Assembly (NCBI RefSeq): GCF_018350175.1
Contig: NC_058368.1
Span: 57,910,001-57,974,000 of the forward strand
DNA from: Felis catus
Taxonomy: Eukaryota
DNA length: 64,000 nt
Direction: 5' to 3'
Below the pieces are notes generated by a model. That model did no database searches and was not told the origin of the DNA. It worked only from the letters and a program-made list of their open reading frames with translations. The translations under genes and the position numbers were made by a program. Shown piece after piece: positions 1-12,218 of this stretch (the stretch's first letter is position 1; every line of letters starts with the position of its first letter).

Positions 1-909
1 CTTTTTTGTTTGCAGTATATCCATTGTGAAGACTGGAAGCTACAATTTGTTTACATGTCTTTTTCATTTTTATTTTTTCCCCTTTTTCAGGTTACTTCAC
101 CACTAACAAAAACAATAATGCCAGAGGAAAAGATAGCTTGAATGAGACTGCATGATTGCTTTTCCAACTGAAATGAGTAGAAAATGAAAACACTTTAAAT
201 GAAGTGTCTCAAATAAACATTTAATTTAGGATAAGACAGCAACTGCATATATACCACCATATCAAATATTGAAAGAGCATTTATAGAAGAGTTGAAAGAC
301 TCATTTGTGGAAAAATAAGTGTAGCTCTAAAAGTGAGCTGCTGAGAGTAAATATGTAAAACCACATTTAAGCGGCATGCAATTAACGTGGATTTATACTA
401 AAAAAATGAAAAACACGAGGAGATTTTAGGAATTACATATTTGAACAAGAAACTGTTTCGTTTCTCATCAAACACAAGCCTAGCTATGCAATGGATGCTC
501 TTTAATGAGCTGTAGATTTCAAACAAACTGGAAGGTTATACATTCATACATTAGGAAAAGTAGATGCGGTATTTTCTCAATGCCTTTTATGTCTTTAAAT
601 ATCCTATTCTTATCCACACTACATGCTTAAATCCCACTCTCTCCAGCCCTTATGATTTTACTCTTCTTTATTCTTCATAATTCCTGCTTTTTATTGTCTC
701 CCTCTCTGCCCTACCCAATTCTCATGTTTTCTATAATTAATATTAGCTTCTGTTCCTTGTCCTTGTCCATTATTTGGTATCAGTCTCACCTCACTTTATC
801 CTCATATTTATTTCTAGCACATAATTTACTTTTGCCTTAATATCTGGGTATTTTAAACATTTGTCTATCCACTCAAGGCTATAACCCTAATAAACAGACA
901 GAAAGTGTT

Positions 910-933
910 TTATATATTTGTATGTGTGTGTGT

Positions 934-985
<52 letters not shown>

Positions 986-1204
986 GTTTTATTTTGAAAG
1001 AGAGAGAGAGTGTGTGTTTGCATATGTGCACGTGAGCAGGGAAGGGGCATAGAGAGAGAGAGGGAGAGAGAGAATCCCAAGCAGGATCCATGCTGTCAGT
1101 GTGGAGCCTGACATGGGGCTTGATCTCACCAAACTAACCATGAAATCATAACCTGAGCTGAAATCAAAAGTCAGACCTTAACTGATTGAACCACTCAGGT
1201 GCCT
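910..1204 (-). mobile_element. Can-SINE (older carnivore type), tail expanded into (TA)n
   Basis: Reverse-complement head '...gaaccactcaggtgcc' ends ~1204; (GA)n tract; (TA)n ~941-980 at tail; degenerate TSD agaaagtgttt/agaaaatgtta. Confidence 0.9.
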
Positions 1205-2562
1205 TAGAAAATGTTATATTTTTAATATATACAGAAATAGTATTGTCATAGAGTGCTTTGGTAGAGTGCTTTGTAAATCATAGAGCATTTAAAAAGTTAT
1301 ATAATAGGTGCTTTTATTAGTTGCATTAATTGAAAATGATGTCATATCATACATGGCTATAATAACCTTCTAACACTTACACTAAGTAATAAACTATACC
1401 TAATTATATACAATATATAACTCTAACTATATTTAAAATGATATTAGTCACATATGTATACACCAATCAAATTAAAATATATAATAGTTCCTAATAAACT
1501 AAATAGTAAACACCCTAGTAAATGATAGGTTGTCAAAATGTTAAGCAATTTTTCCTTTTATTAGTGCTATTTCTATCAAACAAGGAGGAGGTGATTACCA
1601 ATATATATGTTTATAGAAAAAACTGGAGCTGTCCTGACTGCTTTTAGAGCCAAAATACATTAGCAAAATAGAAACTCCAAATGATTTGCATTCATTGCCA
1701 AATGTTTTCTTGGCCCATATCAGTTATATTATTTTCTGCTGGTTCAGCATTCCAAAGATCAATTAAAGAAATGGAATTAAAAATGATAAAGTGGCTTTAG
1801 TTTTCTGATCTGATGTTAAAAAGAGACCTTCGGTTATTTCTTGCCTTGTTTACACAGAATCCTCTGTCAAGATATGATTTATTTTATTCTTATATCTTCC
1901 TACATAAATTTTTATATTTTGCATCCATATAAAGCTCCTAAATCATTAAAGTATCTGTAGATCCATGATCTATTTTTCAAATATTTTGCAATGGAATGAA
2001 ATTATCCATTAAAATAACTTTCATTTCTGATGATAAAATACAAATTAAACTCTAATTATCAAGCCTAGATCAAAGGCCTATTCTGTCACTTAATTCACTG
2101 ATTTATTCTTCATTTTTTTCAAACTTTAATCATCTCTGTACCGAGCAATGAAAAAATAAACAAATCCTATAGATTGAAGGACATATTAATGGTAATTGGA
2201 TTATCATTGTTTCATACTTAAATACCACCTTTTTTCAAACCATTATATGATCTTTCCACCCGGATTATTTAATTTTGCCCAGCTAAATTTTGTTATTGGG
2301 TTGGAGCAAATTTCATCTCACTTAAATTTATTAAAAATTGTCTCATTTATTTAAACCTCTGCTAGCATTCAGACATCTTTTTCCTCATTGCAAATATTTG
2401 GGAATCTAAAAGATTAGATTTTCTCTGAAAGACATATTGATACATTGGAGATCTTCTCCCTGATGAATCTACATATCTGAGCATGAACAAGTAAGGTTCA
2501 CTTGTATTTAAGGGGCAAATCCACAGACTGTATTAAGAAGATCATGCCACCCACCAACTTCT

Positions 2563-2780
2563 TAAAATTTTTTTTGTTTTTAATTTTCATTTATTTTTGA
2601 GACAGAGACAGAGTATGAGTGGGGAAGGGGCAGACAGAAAGGAAGACACAGAATCCAAAGCAGGCTGCAGGCTCTAATCTGTCAGCACAGAGCCTGATGT
2701 GGGGCTTGAACTCATGAACTGTGAGATCATGACCTGAACCAAAGTTGCACACCCAACCAACTGAGCCACCCAGGCGCCCC
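2563..2780 (-). mobile_element. Can-SINE (SINEC_Fc-like)
   Basis: Ends 'ctgagccacccaggcgcccc'; TSD acccaccaacttct at 2549-2562 and 2785-2798. Confidence 0.95.
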
Positions 2781-2978
2781 AGCTACCCACCAACTTCTAA
2801 ACTTCAATAGAAGTAAATCTGTGTTAGACATACTCATAGTTGTGTGATATGATGATGTCACAGTTTGGAGGACCTAACTTCAAGGACCTAACTTCAGTAG
2901 ACCAATCCATAAGTCTAACAAGATCTTTTGTCTGTATCTAATAGCACCAGAAATCATAGTGTGGAAAAAGATGGTGAC

Positions 2979-3342
2979 TGGTACAGTCTGAATGCTTGTG
3001 ACTCTTACCAATTCATATGATGAAATTCTAACCCCTAAAGATAATGATGTAAAGAAGCTGGGCCTTTGGGAGGCACTTAGGTCATGAAGGTGGAGCCTTC
3101 ATGAATAGGATCAATGTCCTTATAAAAGAGAACTTACAGAGATCCCTCACTCCTTTTGCTATGTGAAGGACAGCAAGAAGGCACTGGCTATGAACCAGCA
3201 AGAGAATTTTCACCAGAATGAGACCATGCTGGCATCTTGACCTTGGACTTCTAGCCTCCAGAACTGTGAGAAATGAGTATCTGTTGTTTATAAGCTACTC
3301 AATCTGTGGTATTTGATTATAGCAGCCAAGTGGACCAAGACA
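2979..3342 (+). mobile_element. MaLR solo LTR (MLT1A-like)
   Basis: TG...CA termini; typical 'gggcctttgggagg..ttaggtcatga' and 'ttggacttctagcctccagaactgtgagaaat'; 5-bp TSD gtgac/gtgat. Confidence 0.85.
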
Positions 3343-4446
3343 GTGATCTGTCACACTTTTCATTTTGAAAATGCTCACTCTTTGAAGAGCGTGTGTATAT
3401 TCCATTGTGTCGCACTTGTTTGCTCTTTCGGTACTTCTTGATACAAATACTCATAAAAGACAAAAGAGCTGACATTATTATTGATATACACTGATATGAA
3501 ACAGTAGTTTATAATACAAGGTAAATATGTTTCCAGCCTTGAGTCTTACTTTCCCAACTGGCATCCTCTACACAGGGTACCTGACCAATTGGGAGACATG
3601 CTTATGGTGGACACACTCTCCTTTCTCCTCTCCTGTGGTCAGTGTCCACATTCCTGTAGATGCTTCCTGTGGTGTTGTTACTTTTAATAGCACTCAAATT
3701 ACCTTTGACATTAAGAGGGACCTGATCTATATCAAGTTGCTCTGCTCATAGGTGGTAAGAAAATAGCTGAAGAAAAATCTCAGGACATAATAATCTGTAA
3801 ACTGAAGTAGGAGATTTACAGAATCACATGCAAAGAAATTTTATTTTCTGTGTTGTCTTTTAAAACAGACCCAAGATATCTGCATGGCAGGACAAAGCTT
3901 TTATCTCTGTCATAGCAAAGAGACCCCTGCCCGAGTGGCATAGCTCTCCAGCTCAGGAGAAAGACTTTCCTTAAATATTTATTCACAGAAATATTGCTTT
4001 GATATTTTATTTTAAATTTTCTTTTTTTATCAAAAACTCACAAAATTACATCTACATTTTTATATCTGGAAAAAGAATATTAGAGTGATATTGTTATTTT
4101 ATTTTAGGGTGCAAGTATTATAGTGCATTTGGCACAGATAAAAGAAACAGGATCTGGAACCCCACATGCTGGCAAGTGTGGTCCAACAGCAATAGTCTGT
4201 AACCCTCCAGGACTGTGTACCTTCAGTGAAACCAAATAGCATAAGCAGAAATTGATTTCCCAGGAGCCTAAAAAAGGCAAACTCTGTACCTCTCAGTGAC
4301 CTTCTGTCTCAGGCCATTCACATTTAAACTGGGACATATGCAGACTTTGCTTTGGGTGTGAAGGCAAATCTCACCTATGTAGTTGACCTCTAATTCTGAC
4401 AGTGGAAATAGATTAGAAATCACTAGCATATAGACATTACATTCCA

Positions 4447-4662
4447 GGGGCACCTGAGTGGCCCAGTTGGTTAAGCATCTGACTTCAGTTCCGGTAAGGA
4501 TTTCACAGTTCATGGGTTCAAGCCCTGCATCGGGCTCTGTCCTGACAGCTCAGAGCCTAGAGCCTGCTTCAGATTCTGTGTCTCCCTTTCTCTCTCTCTG
4601 CACCTCCCCCACTTGCACTCTGTCTCTCTCTCTCTAAAAAATAAGTAAACGTTAAAAAAAAA
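4447..4662 (+). mobile_element. Can-SINE (first of tandem pair)
   Basis: Head ggggcacctgagtggcccagttgg, (CT)n tract, A-tail; no clear TSD. Confidence 0.95.
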
Positions 4663-4678
4663 GATTCTAATCAGTAGA

Positions 4679-4920
4679 GGGGCACCTGGGTGGCTCAGTT
4701 GAATCCAAATTCGGCTCAGGTCATGATCTCATAACTCCTGAGTTTGAGCCCTGCTCTGGGCTCTGTGCTGACAGTTCAGAGCCTGGAGCCTGCTTCTGAT
4801 TTTGTGTCTCTGTCCCTCTCTCTCTCTGCCCCTCCCCTGCTCATGTTCTGCCTCTCTGTCTCTGTCTCTGTCTCTCTCAAAAATAAACATTAAAAAATTA
4901 AAACAATAAGAAAGAAAAAA
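4679..4920 (+). mobile_element. Can-SINE (second of tandem pair)
   Basis: Head ggggcacctgggtggctcag; TSD attctaatcagtag at 4664-4677 and 4922-4935. Confidence 0.95.
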
Positions 4921-5449
4921 TATTCTAATCAGTAGGGACTCTTGCAGTTGCTGTAGTGCCATCCTCAAACTGGAATGTAGCCAAAAGTGAGACTGTCCAG
5001 GATTAAGATTCTCCAGGTATCCCTTCAGAGGGACTCTTTAGCCCACATAACCAGTGGGCCTCAATAGGTATCATTTGAAGGCACCTTGGGCCAACAGAAT
5101 ATATCATAACATTATCTATAAATAACTTGATGTACTTCAAAACCTTACATTGTTATCACACCTTAAGAAAAACAGTGCCGAATATACAAACTATCTACTT
5201 GATAGTCATTTCACGTCCTCTAAAGTTACCTTTTCACTAGAAAAGGTAACACACTGGATATGCTGAACTAGTCAATGTTGAATCTACCCACAGTTTACCT
5301 TCATTGGAACATCTTTATTTTCCAGAATATTGGTTTTATAACTAGGTGTGTGACCTGCTAAAAGTCCTGTTGCTTTTTGCAGCAGAAGATAGTGATAATA
5401 ATATGTTAAATCAACTATGTACTTTTGTGCTCAATTGCCTGCATACAAG

Positions 5450-5920
5450 CCATCCATAAATCCTTTTGAACAGTGCCTTCAAAATATATCCAGAATCCTG
5501 ATACTTCCTACCACCTTCAGTGCGCCCAATCTCATCAGAAACACACTTGCTTGTCGTCTGTATTACTCTTGTAGCCACCCACTTGCTTTCTGGTTCCAAT
5601 TTTGCCATTCTTTGTCTTCAATTCTGAATACTGCAATAATATTAATTATTTTAAAACTTAAACCAGATTACAACACTCTTCTGTTCAAATGCTCCAATGA
5701 TTCCCATTTTCATTTAGAGTTTAAGCCAAAGACTTTACAGCTAAACGCCTATGCAATTCTGTGCAATCTGGCTTCTGACCTCATTTCCACTGTTCTCACT
5801 CTTAATTTTCTGTTGTAGCAACACTGTCTTCTTACTATTTTAAATATTATTTCCTTAGAGACTTTGCCCTCACAATTTCCTTGCCTATAATCTTCTTCCC
5901 TCAGATAGTTGTATGACTAA
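5450..5920 (+). mobile_element. LINE-2 (L2) 3' region fragment
   Basis: Resembles L2 consensus: 'ccttcaaaatatatccagaatcc..cttcctaccacc', 'ctccaatgattcccatttc'. Confidence 0.7.
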
Positions 5921-5953
5921 TTGTGTGTTTCTATGTGTGTATAAGATATACAT

Positions 5954-6327
5954 TGCCAAGCACTGAATTGTGCCCGTCTCAAATTCATATGTTAAAATTC
6001 TACCGCCAAATGTGATTTTATTTGAAGACCAGGGCTTTTAGGAGATAATTAAGGTTAAATGAAGTCACTAGGGGTGGATTCCAATTTGATAGGATTGGTG
6101 CTCTTATGAGAAGAGGAAGAGAAAATAATCTCTCTCTCTTTCTCTCAGGACACAGTGAGAAGGCAGCCATCTATATAAGCCAGAAAGAGAACTATCACCA
6201 GAAACATAACCCTGCCAGACTTTGATTTTGAATTTTCCAACCTCCAGGACTGCAAGAAAATAATTTTCTTTGTGTAAACCATGCAGTCTGTGGTAGTTTA
6301 TTATGGCAGCCTGAGCTAACAAATTCA
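5954..6327 (+). mobile_element. MaLR solo LTR (MLT1B-like)
   Basis: 'ctgaattgtg..caaattcatatgtt', 'ggagataattaaggttaaatga', 3' 'ttatggcagcc...ca'; possible TSD tacat/taaat. Confidence 0.8.
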
Positions 6328-6338
6328 TAAATATATGC

Positions 6339-6340
<2 letters not shown>

Positions 6341-6381
<41 letters not shown>
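6341..6381. repeat. (TG)n microsatellite
   Basis: About 20 TG units seen directly. Confidence 0.98.
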
Positions 6382-6385
<4 letters not shown>

Positions 6386-7429
6386 AAATGTTGATACATA
6401 CCACCTGATCTTAACTTGGTAGTATTTTTGGACCAGTATTCAAATGTTTCCTAGGAACATTGCTTGAGGACTTACATTTGAGACAGTATAGTATGCCAAT
6501 TTAAGCCTATTGTAAGTTAATATTCTGAGATCATTTTAATTAGGCTGTTTTAAGTCTGAATAAATCCATTACACCACCCAAAACAAACTCGTGAAATCCT
6601 CAAGGAAACTCAGACAAATGAAAAAGAACACAGTAGGGAGAACAGAATGATTGCCCTGAGGAAAAAAGAGATGGAGACTATAGTGCTAAAGAAGGCATAT
6701 ATATAAAATAAAAAAGAGCATCTGCACATATCAATAATAGTTAAATGTCATGAAATCTTGTTTTGATTCTTTCAGTCCTCTTCACCTGAGGTTAAGTAAT
6801 GTATGTACATTTAGCACACTGTTAAACATAAAGGATTTGAATCACTTTGAGAAAATTTAAAAGACTTAAGCAGTGTTCTGATAAGCAGTCATCATTAGCA
6901 ATACCTATGAGAATGGCTTAATTAGTGTATGCATTTCTTTACTTAAGATACCAATGCTATGTATTTGTGCTTCCTCAGCTACTGAGAATGATAGTGTGAG
7001 AACATCCTTTCCCTGCTTAACTCTTCTCTAAACCCACTCACAGTTGCAACTTTAATTCTGGTTGGCAATTGTGGAGCCAAATACAGGGTGAGAAAGCAAT
7101 AAAGGTAAAACTCATTTTCTTGCTATTTTTCATCAAAGTCACATGCCCTGTTCCTCCTACCTCCCATACTAAATGTTGGAAACATGAACAAAGGTGAAAG
7201 AAGGGAAAGTGCTCTTTTTAAAAGTGTTTTTCTTTTCTTATGCTCTTACATCCATCCTGTTTTTTAGTCCTACAAGCTCTCCTGAGGACCAGTTTTTAAA
7301 GAGGTAATGAGGGCAAAATGTGGAAATAGTGTAAAAGTATAAGAAGAACAAATAGCAGAACAGAGTAGTTCTGATTAATTCCACCCCTATCTTCCAATTA
7401 ATTCAATCATAACTTCTCCTTAACCCTTA

Positions 7430-7720
7430 TATTAGTTAGGACAATTAATGCAGGGTTTGTAATAAATGAGTCCAAAATCTCGGTGGCAAAATACAATAAA
7501 AATTACTTCTCACTTACACAAAGTTCATTTCAGATGTTCTTGGTTGGGAAACCATAGCTCTACTCCAAGAAGTAATTCAGGAAGCTAGACTCTTTCCAAT
7601 TTGTGATATCACCATCTTTTACATGTGGGCCCCAATGACTCAAAGGAAGGTGAAAGAGTATAAAGGAGGTATATTGTGGCCAATGTCATTTAACTTTACA
7701 TTCTGTTGCCTACAACTGGT
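7430..7720 (-). mobile_element. Degraded ancient MaLR LTR (MLT1J/K/L-like)
   Basis: 'ccaaaatctcggtggcaaaatacaataaa..ttctcacttacac' and 'gtaattcaggaagctagac' resemble old MLT1 reverse strand. Confidence 0.45.
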
Positions 7721-8340
7721 CTCACATGGATGTAAAAACACAGACACTCACCATCATCAGCTCTATAGCTAGGTCTACAAGCCTTAGATGTCCCACTAGC
7801 CCTCTTCCCTGCCACACACCCCACCAGTGATTAACATTTATCTGTACATCAAATGTCTGTCTAGTTGTCTACTTTATTCCCAGTCTTTTCACCAATTTAT
7901 AATTTATACATAAGCTAATAGTTCTTTATGGAATAGCTTGTGGTCTTGAATGTTTGCATTGCACTGAAAAGATATATTTGTAGAATTCCAAGTTAGGCTT
8001 CTTCAAAGGATTATTGATGAGTGAAATTATTTAGTTTTATGCTTTTATGAGAACAATAAAATACATTAGGGACATTATGGACGAAATAGGATTTCTTAGG
8101 AATTAGAATCATCTTATATAACATCTTAAATCATCTTATATAACAATTATATTAAAAATGCTTCCAATGAACATTTAATGTTAAACAAAGTATATACATT
8201 GATGTTTGTACATCATTTTTTTTGGAAGAGGATCTAAGTGGAACTATGTAAGGACATGATGATCTTTTTATTATAGGAACAAAGTGATTTCTGGGAGAAC
8301 AGAAGTGCTGCATATACACATGTTTTTTATAGTATGAGAT

Positions 8341-8555
8341 TTAAAAAAAATAATGTTTATTCATTTTTAGAGAGACAAAGAGAGACAGAATGTGAGAGAG
8401 GAAGGGGAAGAGAGAGGGAGACACTGAATCTGAAGCAGGCACCAGGCTCTGAGCTGTCAGCACAGAGCCCAACGTGGGGCTCAAACCCACAAACTGTGAG
8501 ATCATGACCTAAGCCAAAGTCGGAAGCCTAACTGACTGAGCCATGCAGGGGCCCC
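8341..8555 (-). mobile_element. Can-SINE (SINEC_Fc-like)
   Basis: Reverse body 'ccaggctctgagctgtcagcacagagccc'; short TSD tgagat at 8335-8340 and 8556-8561. Confidence 0.95.
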
Positions 8556-8919
8556 TGAGATCTTTTTTTAAGATAATTTTTTGTATGTCTATGAATTTCC
8601 TTTTGGGAGAATAGACATTAGATTCCCCCCCCCCCCCCCAGAGACTGCAATATTTCATCTTGATAAGCTCAGGTCATAGCACAATGTTTGGCATATTTTA
8701 GGAGCTCAAATGCTTGCTAATTTGAGTTCCACAGTTGGAAGGGGGATTTTGGTTCCTTTCAGCTCTGCAGAACAGAGCTAAAAGCTGCTGGAGAAAGGTC
8801 ATTGATTTTCATAGGTAAAATAGAAAAAAATATCCTGCATCCATTTCTCTGATGAGGTGTACAAACCAAGCATAGGAAATGGACTCTGTAGCCAATAAAA
8901 ATGACCATAGAGATAATTT

Positions 8920-9135
8920 TCTTTTAAATTTTTTTAACGTTTATTTATTTTTGAGATAGAGAGAGACAGAGCATGAATGGGGGAGGGTCAGAGAGAGGGA
9001 GACACAGAATCCGAAACAGGCTCCAGGCTCTGAGCTGTCAGCACAGAGCCCGACGCGGGGCTCGAACTCACGGACCGTGAGGTCATGACCTGAGTCGAAG
9101 TCGGCCGCCCAACCGACCGAGCCCCCCAGGCGCCC
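8920..9135 (-). mobile_element. Young Can-SINE (SINEC_Fc)
   Basis: CpG-rich body; perfect 17-bp TSD gaccatagagataattt at 8903-8919 and 9136-9152. Confidence 0.98.
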
Positions 9136-9811
9136 GACCATAGAGATAATTTAAAGAAGGTTCTTTAAAGATGCAAAAATAAATTTTGGTGGAGTCATTT
9201 TATCCAGAGAAAGTCCTCATACAAATTTTTGGTTGTTATAGTAATATAGAAAGGTATCATATTCATACTATATGATGACTAGGAAATTATTAACATAAAA
9301 TATATGAGCTAGACTTCTTTTCATTTTTTAATATATTGTGGCTTTGACATTTTTATGTTTATTTCTTCTTTCTTCTAATTGTACCTGATTAATTTACTGA
9401 TAATTGTGTAAACTATTTCTTGTTCTCCTTAGAGGAAGAACTTGATTTTATGCTAATCCATATTTTAAAAAAATCTCTATGTTTATTATTATCATATTAT
9501 AATTCTATTGTATTGCTCATTATTCACAGCTTGTTTTGTGAAACATTGGAGACTGAAAGGAAAAAGTAGATAATTCCAGCCACAATAATATAGGGATTAG
9601 TTACAGAGGAAAAAAAATCAATATGATAAGAGCTTGAACATACATAGAGCAGTGGAATACAAGAGTTATATTCAACCTGGGGAAGACAGAAGTTATGTTG
9701 GAAAAAGAAACAAGGTGTTCCAAATGGAGAAAACTGCATACAAAGACACTATGTCACAACTTAACCAAATTATATAGTATTTTTGTTATTTGTCCATTAT
9801 TTGTCATCCTT

Positions 9812-10078
9812 TTTTTGGACATTTTTAAATTGTATTTTTTTAATTTACATCCAAATTAGTTAGCATACTGAGCAACAATGATTTCAGGAGTAGATTCCTT
9901 AATGCCCCTTACTCATTTAGCCCATTCCCCCTGTCACAACCCCTCCAGTAAACATCTGTTTGTTCTCCTTATTTAAGAGTCTCTTACATTTCTCCCCCTC
10001 ACTGTTTTTATATTATTTTTGCTTCCCTTCTCCTATGTTCATCTGTTCTGTGTCTTAAAGTCCTCATATTGAGTGAAG
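9812..10078 (-). mobile_element. Severely 5'-truncated L1 (3' UTR only)
   Basis: Reverse complement aligns with L1 #1 3' end (~36415-36660); TSD tgtcatcctt (9802-9811) / tgtcattctt (10079-10088). Confidence 0.92.
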
Positions 10079-10377
10079 TGTCATTCTTAACCAACTGAAC
10101 TAATTTGGGGTCAAGAGTATGACCTATTCATTTATGAAATCCTAGAACCTCCATGTCTGGCTTTGATTTATATTGTTCTTAGTAAAAGATTATGGGGTTG
10201 TTGAACTGGCAAAAAGAAAAAATCTGATCTATGTTGATATTCTCCCTTAATCTTCTGGTGAATGTTGTCAGGACCATGGTGCGTTGTGGTGGTAATCAAC
10301 GTTAAAGGGAAGTCATGTTTCTTTGAGGCCTTAACTATGAACCTAGTTGAATGATTTTGACATATAATCTTATTTAA

Positions 10378-10420
10378 TTTTTTTAAGTTTTATTTATTTA
10401 TTTGGAAAGAGAGAGAGAGA

Positions 10421-10472
<52 letters not shown>

Positions 10473-10624
10473 ATGAGCAGAGGAGGGAGAGAGAAAAATC
10501 CCAAGGGGGTTCCACACTGTCAGTGCAGAACCTGATGTGGGGCTGAATTCACAAACCGTGGGATCACAAGCTGAGCTGAAATCAGGAGTCGGACGCTTAA
10601 CTGACTGAGCCACCCAGGCTCCCC
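10378..10624 (-). mobile_element. Can-SINE with expanded (GA)n
   Basis: TSD ataatcttatttaa at 10364-10377 and 10625-10638. Confidence 0.95.
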
Positions 10625-10639
10625 ATAATCTTATTTAAA

Positions 10640-10745
10640 CTTAAACCCTGTGCTATGAGGTACATTATATTGTTATCTAATTTTTACAGGTAAAAAAAGC
10701 AAACTTTAAATAAATTAAATAACTTGCTCAAGGTCACACACACCA
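10640..10745 (-). mobile_element. MIR fragment
   Basis: 'ttttacaggt....ttaaataacttgctcaaggtcacaca' matches MIR core reverse strand. Confidence 0.6.
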
Positions 10746-11908
10746 AATTTGGGCATTATAAAAAGGTCATACACAAGATACTGATCTCTAAACTACACCA
10801 TTTCCTACTCTCTACTTTCTTCCATTTCTAAAATCATGTTTCCTTACGGTCATGTTTTTGCTAGGCTTTTACTGTGCCAAATTTAATTGTTCTCTTAATT
10901 TGATTAGAAATTTTCATCTATGGTAGTAAGTATGGCAAAACTCATGACTCAAATTTCTTATATGGTCTCAGATATTTTCTCAGTAGATACACAAACTAAA
11001 ATAAATATTATTTAACTTGTGAGGTGCTTTTACATGTAATATGGTATGCAATATGCCCAAAAATGCACATAACAGTTAACATTATACACATATCATAAGT
11101 GAGGGCCCTGTAAAAAACTAGCTATGACTTGCCAAACAGTAAAGTATGAAAATAAAATAAAGTAGCTTTAGAAAAAAAATGAAATAAAATTAATCATTGA
11201 CTGTGATAGGATCCATGCACACAAATAGAACATGAAATCTGAAAGATATTGGGACCAAGAATTATAGAGCTAAGAGCATGTAGATATAGTGTGCATGTAT
11301 GTATATGTACACACCTTTCACTAAAATTTTGACTCAAATTTGCCTGAGATCATTGCTCCTTAGGATTAGTTTTTCTTTCCTTTCCATTTCCATTTGGGAA
11401 ACTGTCCTCACCTTCTGTAATGCTTGCATTTTAGACTTGCTAGCATTTACTGAGCCCAATGTGCTCTCTGACAATCCCACTTCAAATTCTCAAATTTAAT
11501 AGCCTTGTGATTAGATCAAATGTATTTCCAAAGAGCATTTAGTTACTCAGTCATTAGAGAATAAGGTCACACAGTACAAAGAGGTGAGGAAACACTCCTC
11601 CATATGGAGAAAGCAGTATCCAGAAAATCAGAACTTAATCATAAAAAAAACCCAAAAAACATTTGCATGATATTATATCCCTTGACTGCTCAGGCACAAA
11701 TGCTTTCCTCCAAATATGTAATTCTGATGATAAAATATTATCAAAATATAACAATTTTCAGTAAAATGTCAAGAACATCCCTTCCATTTTGGGAAGCAGC
11801 TTAAAATCTGATAAATCTATTTCATTCATAGTCATGACATGAAGTCCCTCTTTTTTTAAGTCTGTGACACTACGGTAACTTCCATATTTCCCTTAGTGTA
11901 TTCTCATT

Positions 11909-12125
11909 AAAAAATTTTTTTTCAACGTTTATTTATTTTTGGGACAGAGAGAGACAGAGCATGAACGGGGGAGGGGCAGAGAGAGAGGGAGACGCAGAAT
12001 CGGAAACAGGCTCCAGGCTCTGAGTCATCAGCCCAGAGCCTGACGCGGGGCTCAAACTCACGGACCGCGAGATCGTGACCTGGCTGAAGTCGGACGCTTA
12101 ACCGACTGCGCCACCCAGGCGCCCC
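11909..12125 (-). mobile_element. Young Can-SINE (SINEC_Fc)
   Basis: CpG-rich; perfect TSD agtgtattctcatt at 11895-11908 and 12126-12139. Confidence 0.98.
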
Positions 12126-12218
12126 AGTGTATTCTCATTTTAATCCAAGTGTGAGATTTTTATTCTGCAGCTTATGGACACTTCCAATAATTCCAATATA
12201 ACCACTAAAATGTATTAA

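Noticed and set aside
5417..5818. 133-aa ORF
   Set aside because: Lies over a degraded L2 fragment; no host-gene features
8626..8639. Poly-C run as a G-quadruplex element
   Set aside because: Isolated homopolymer with no supporting context; length may be unreliable
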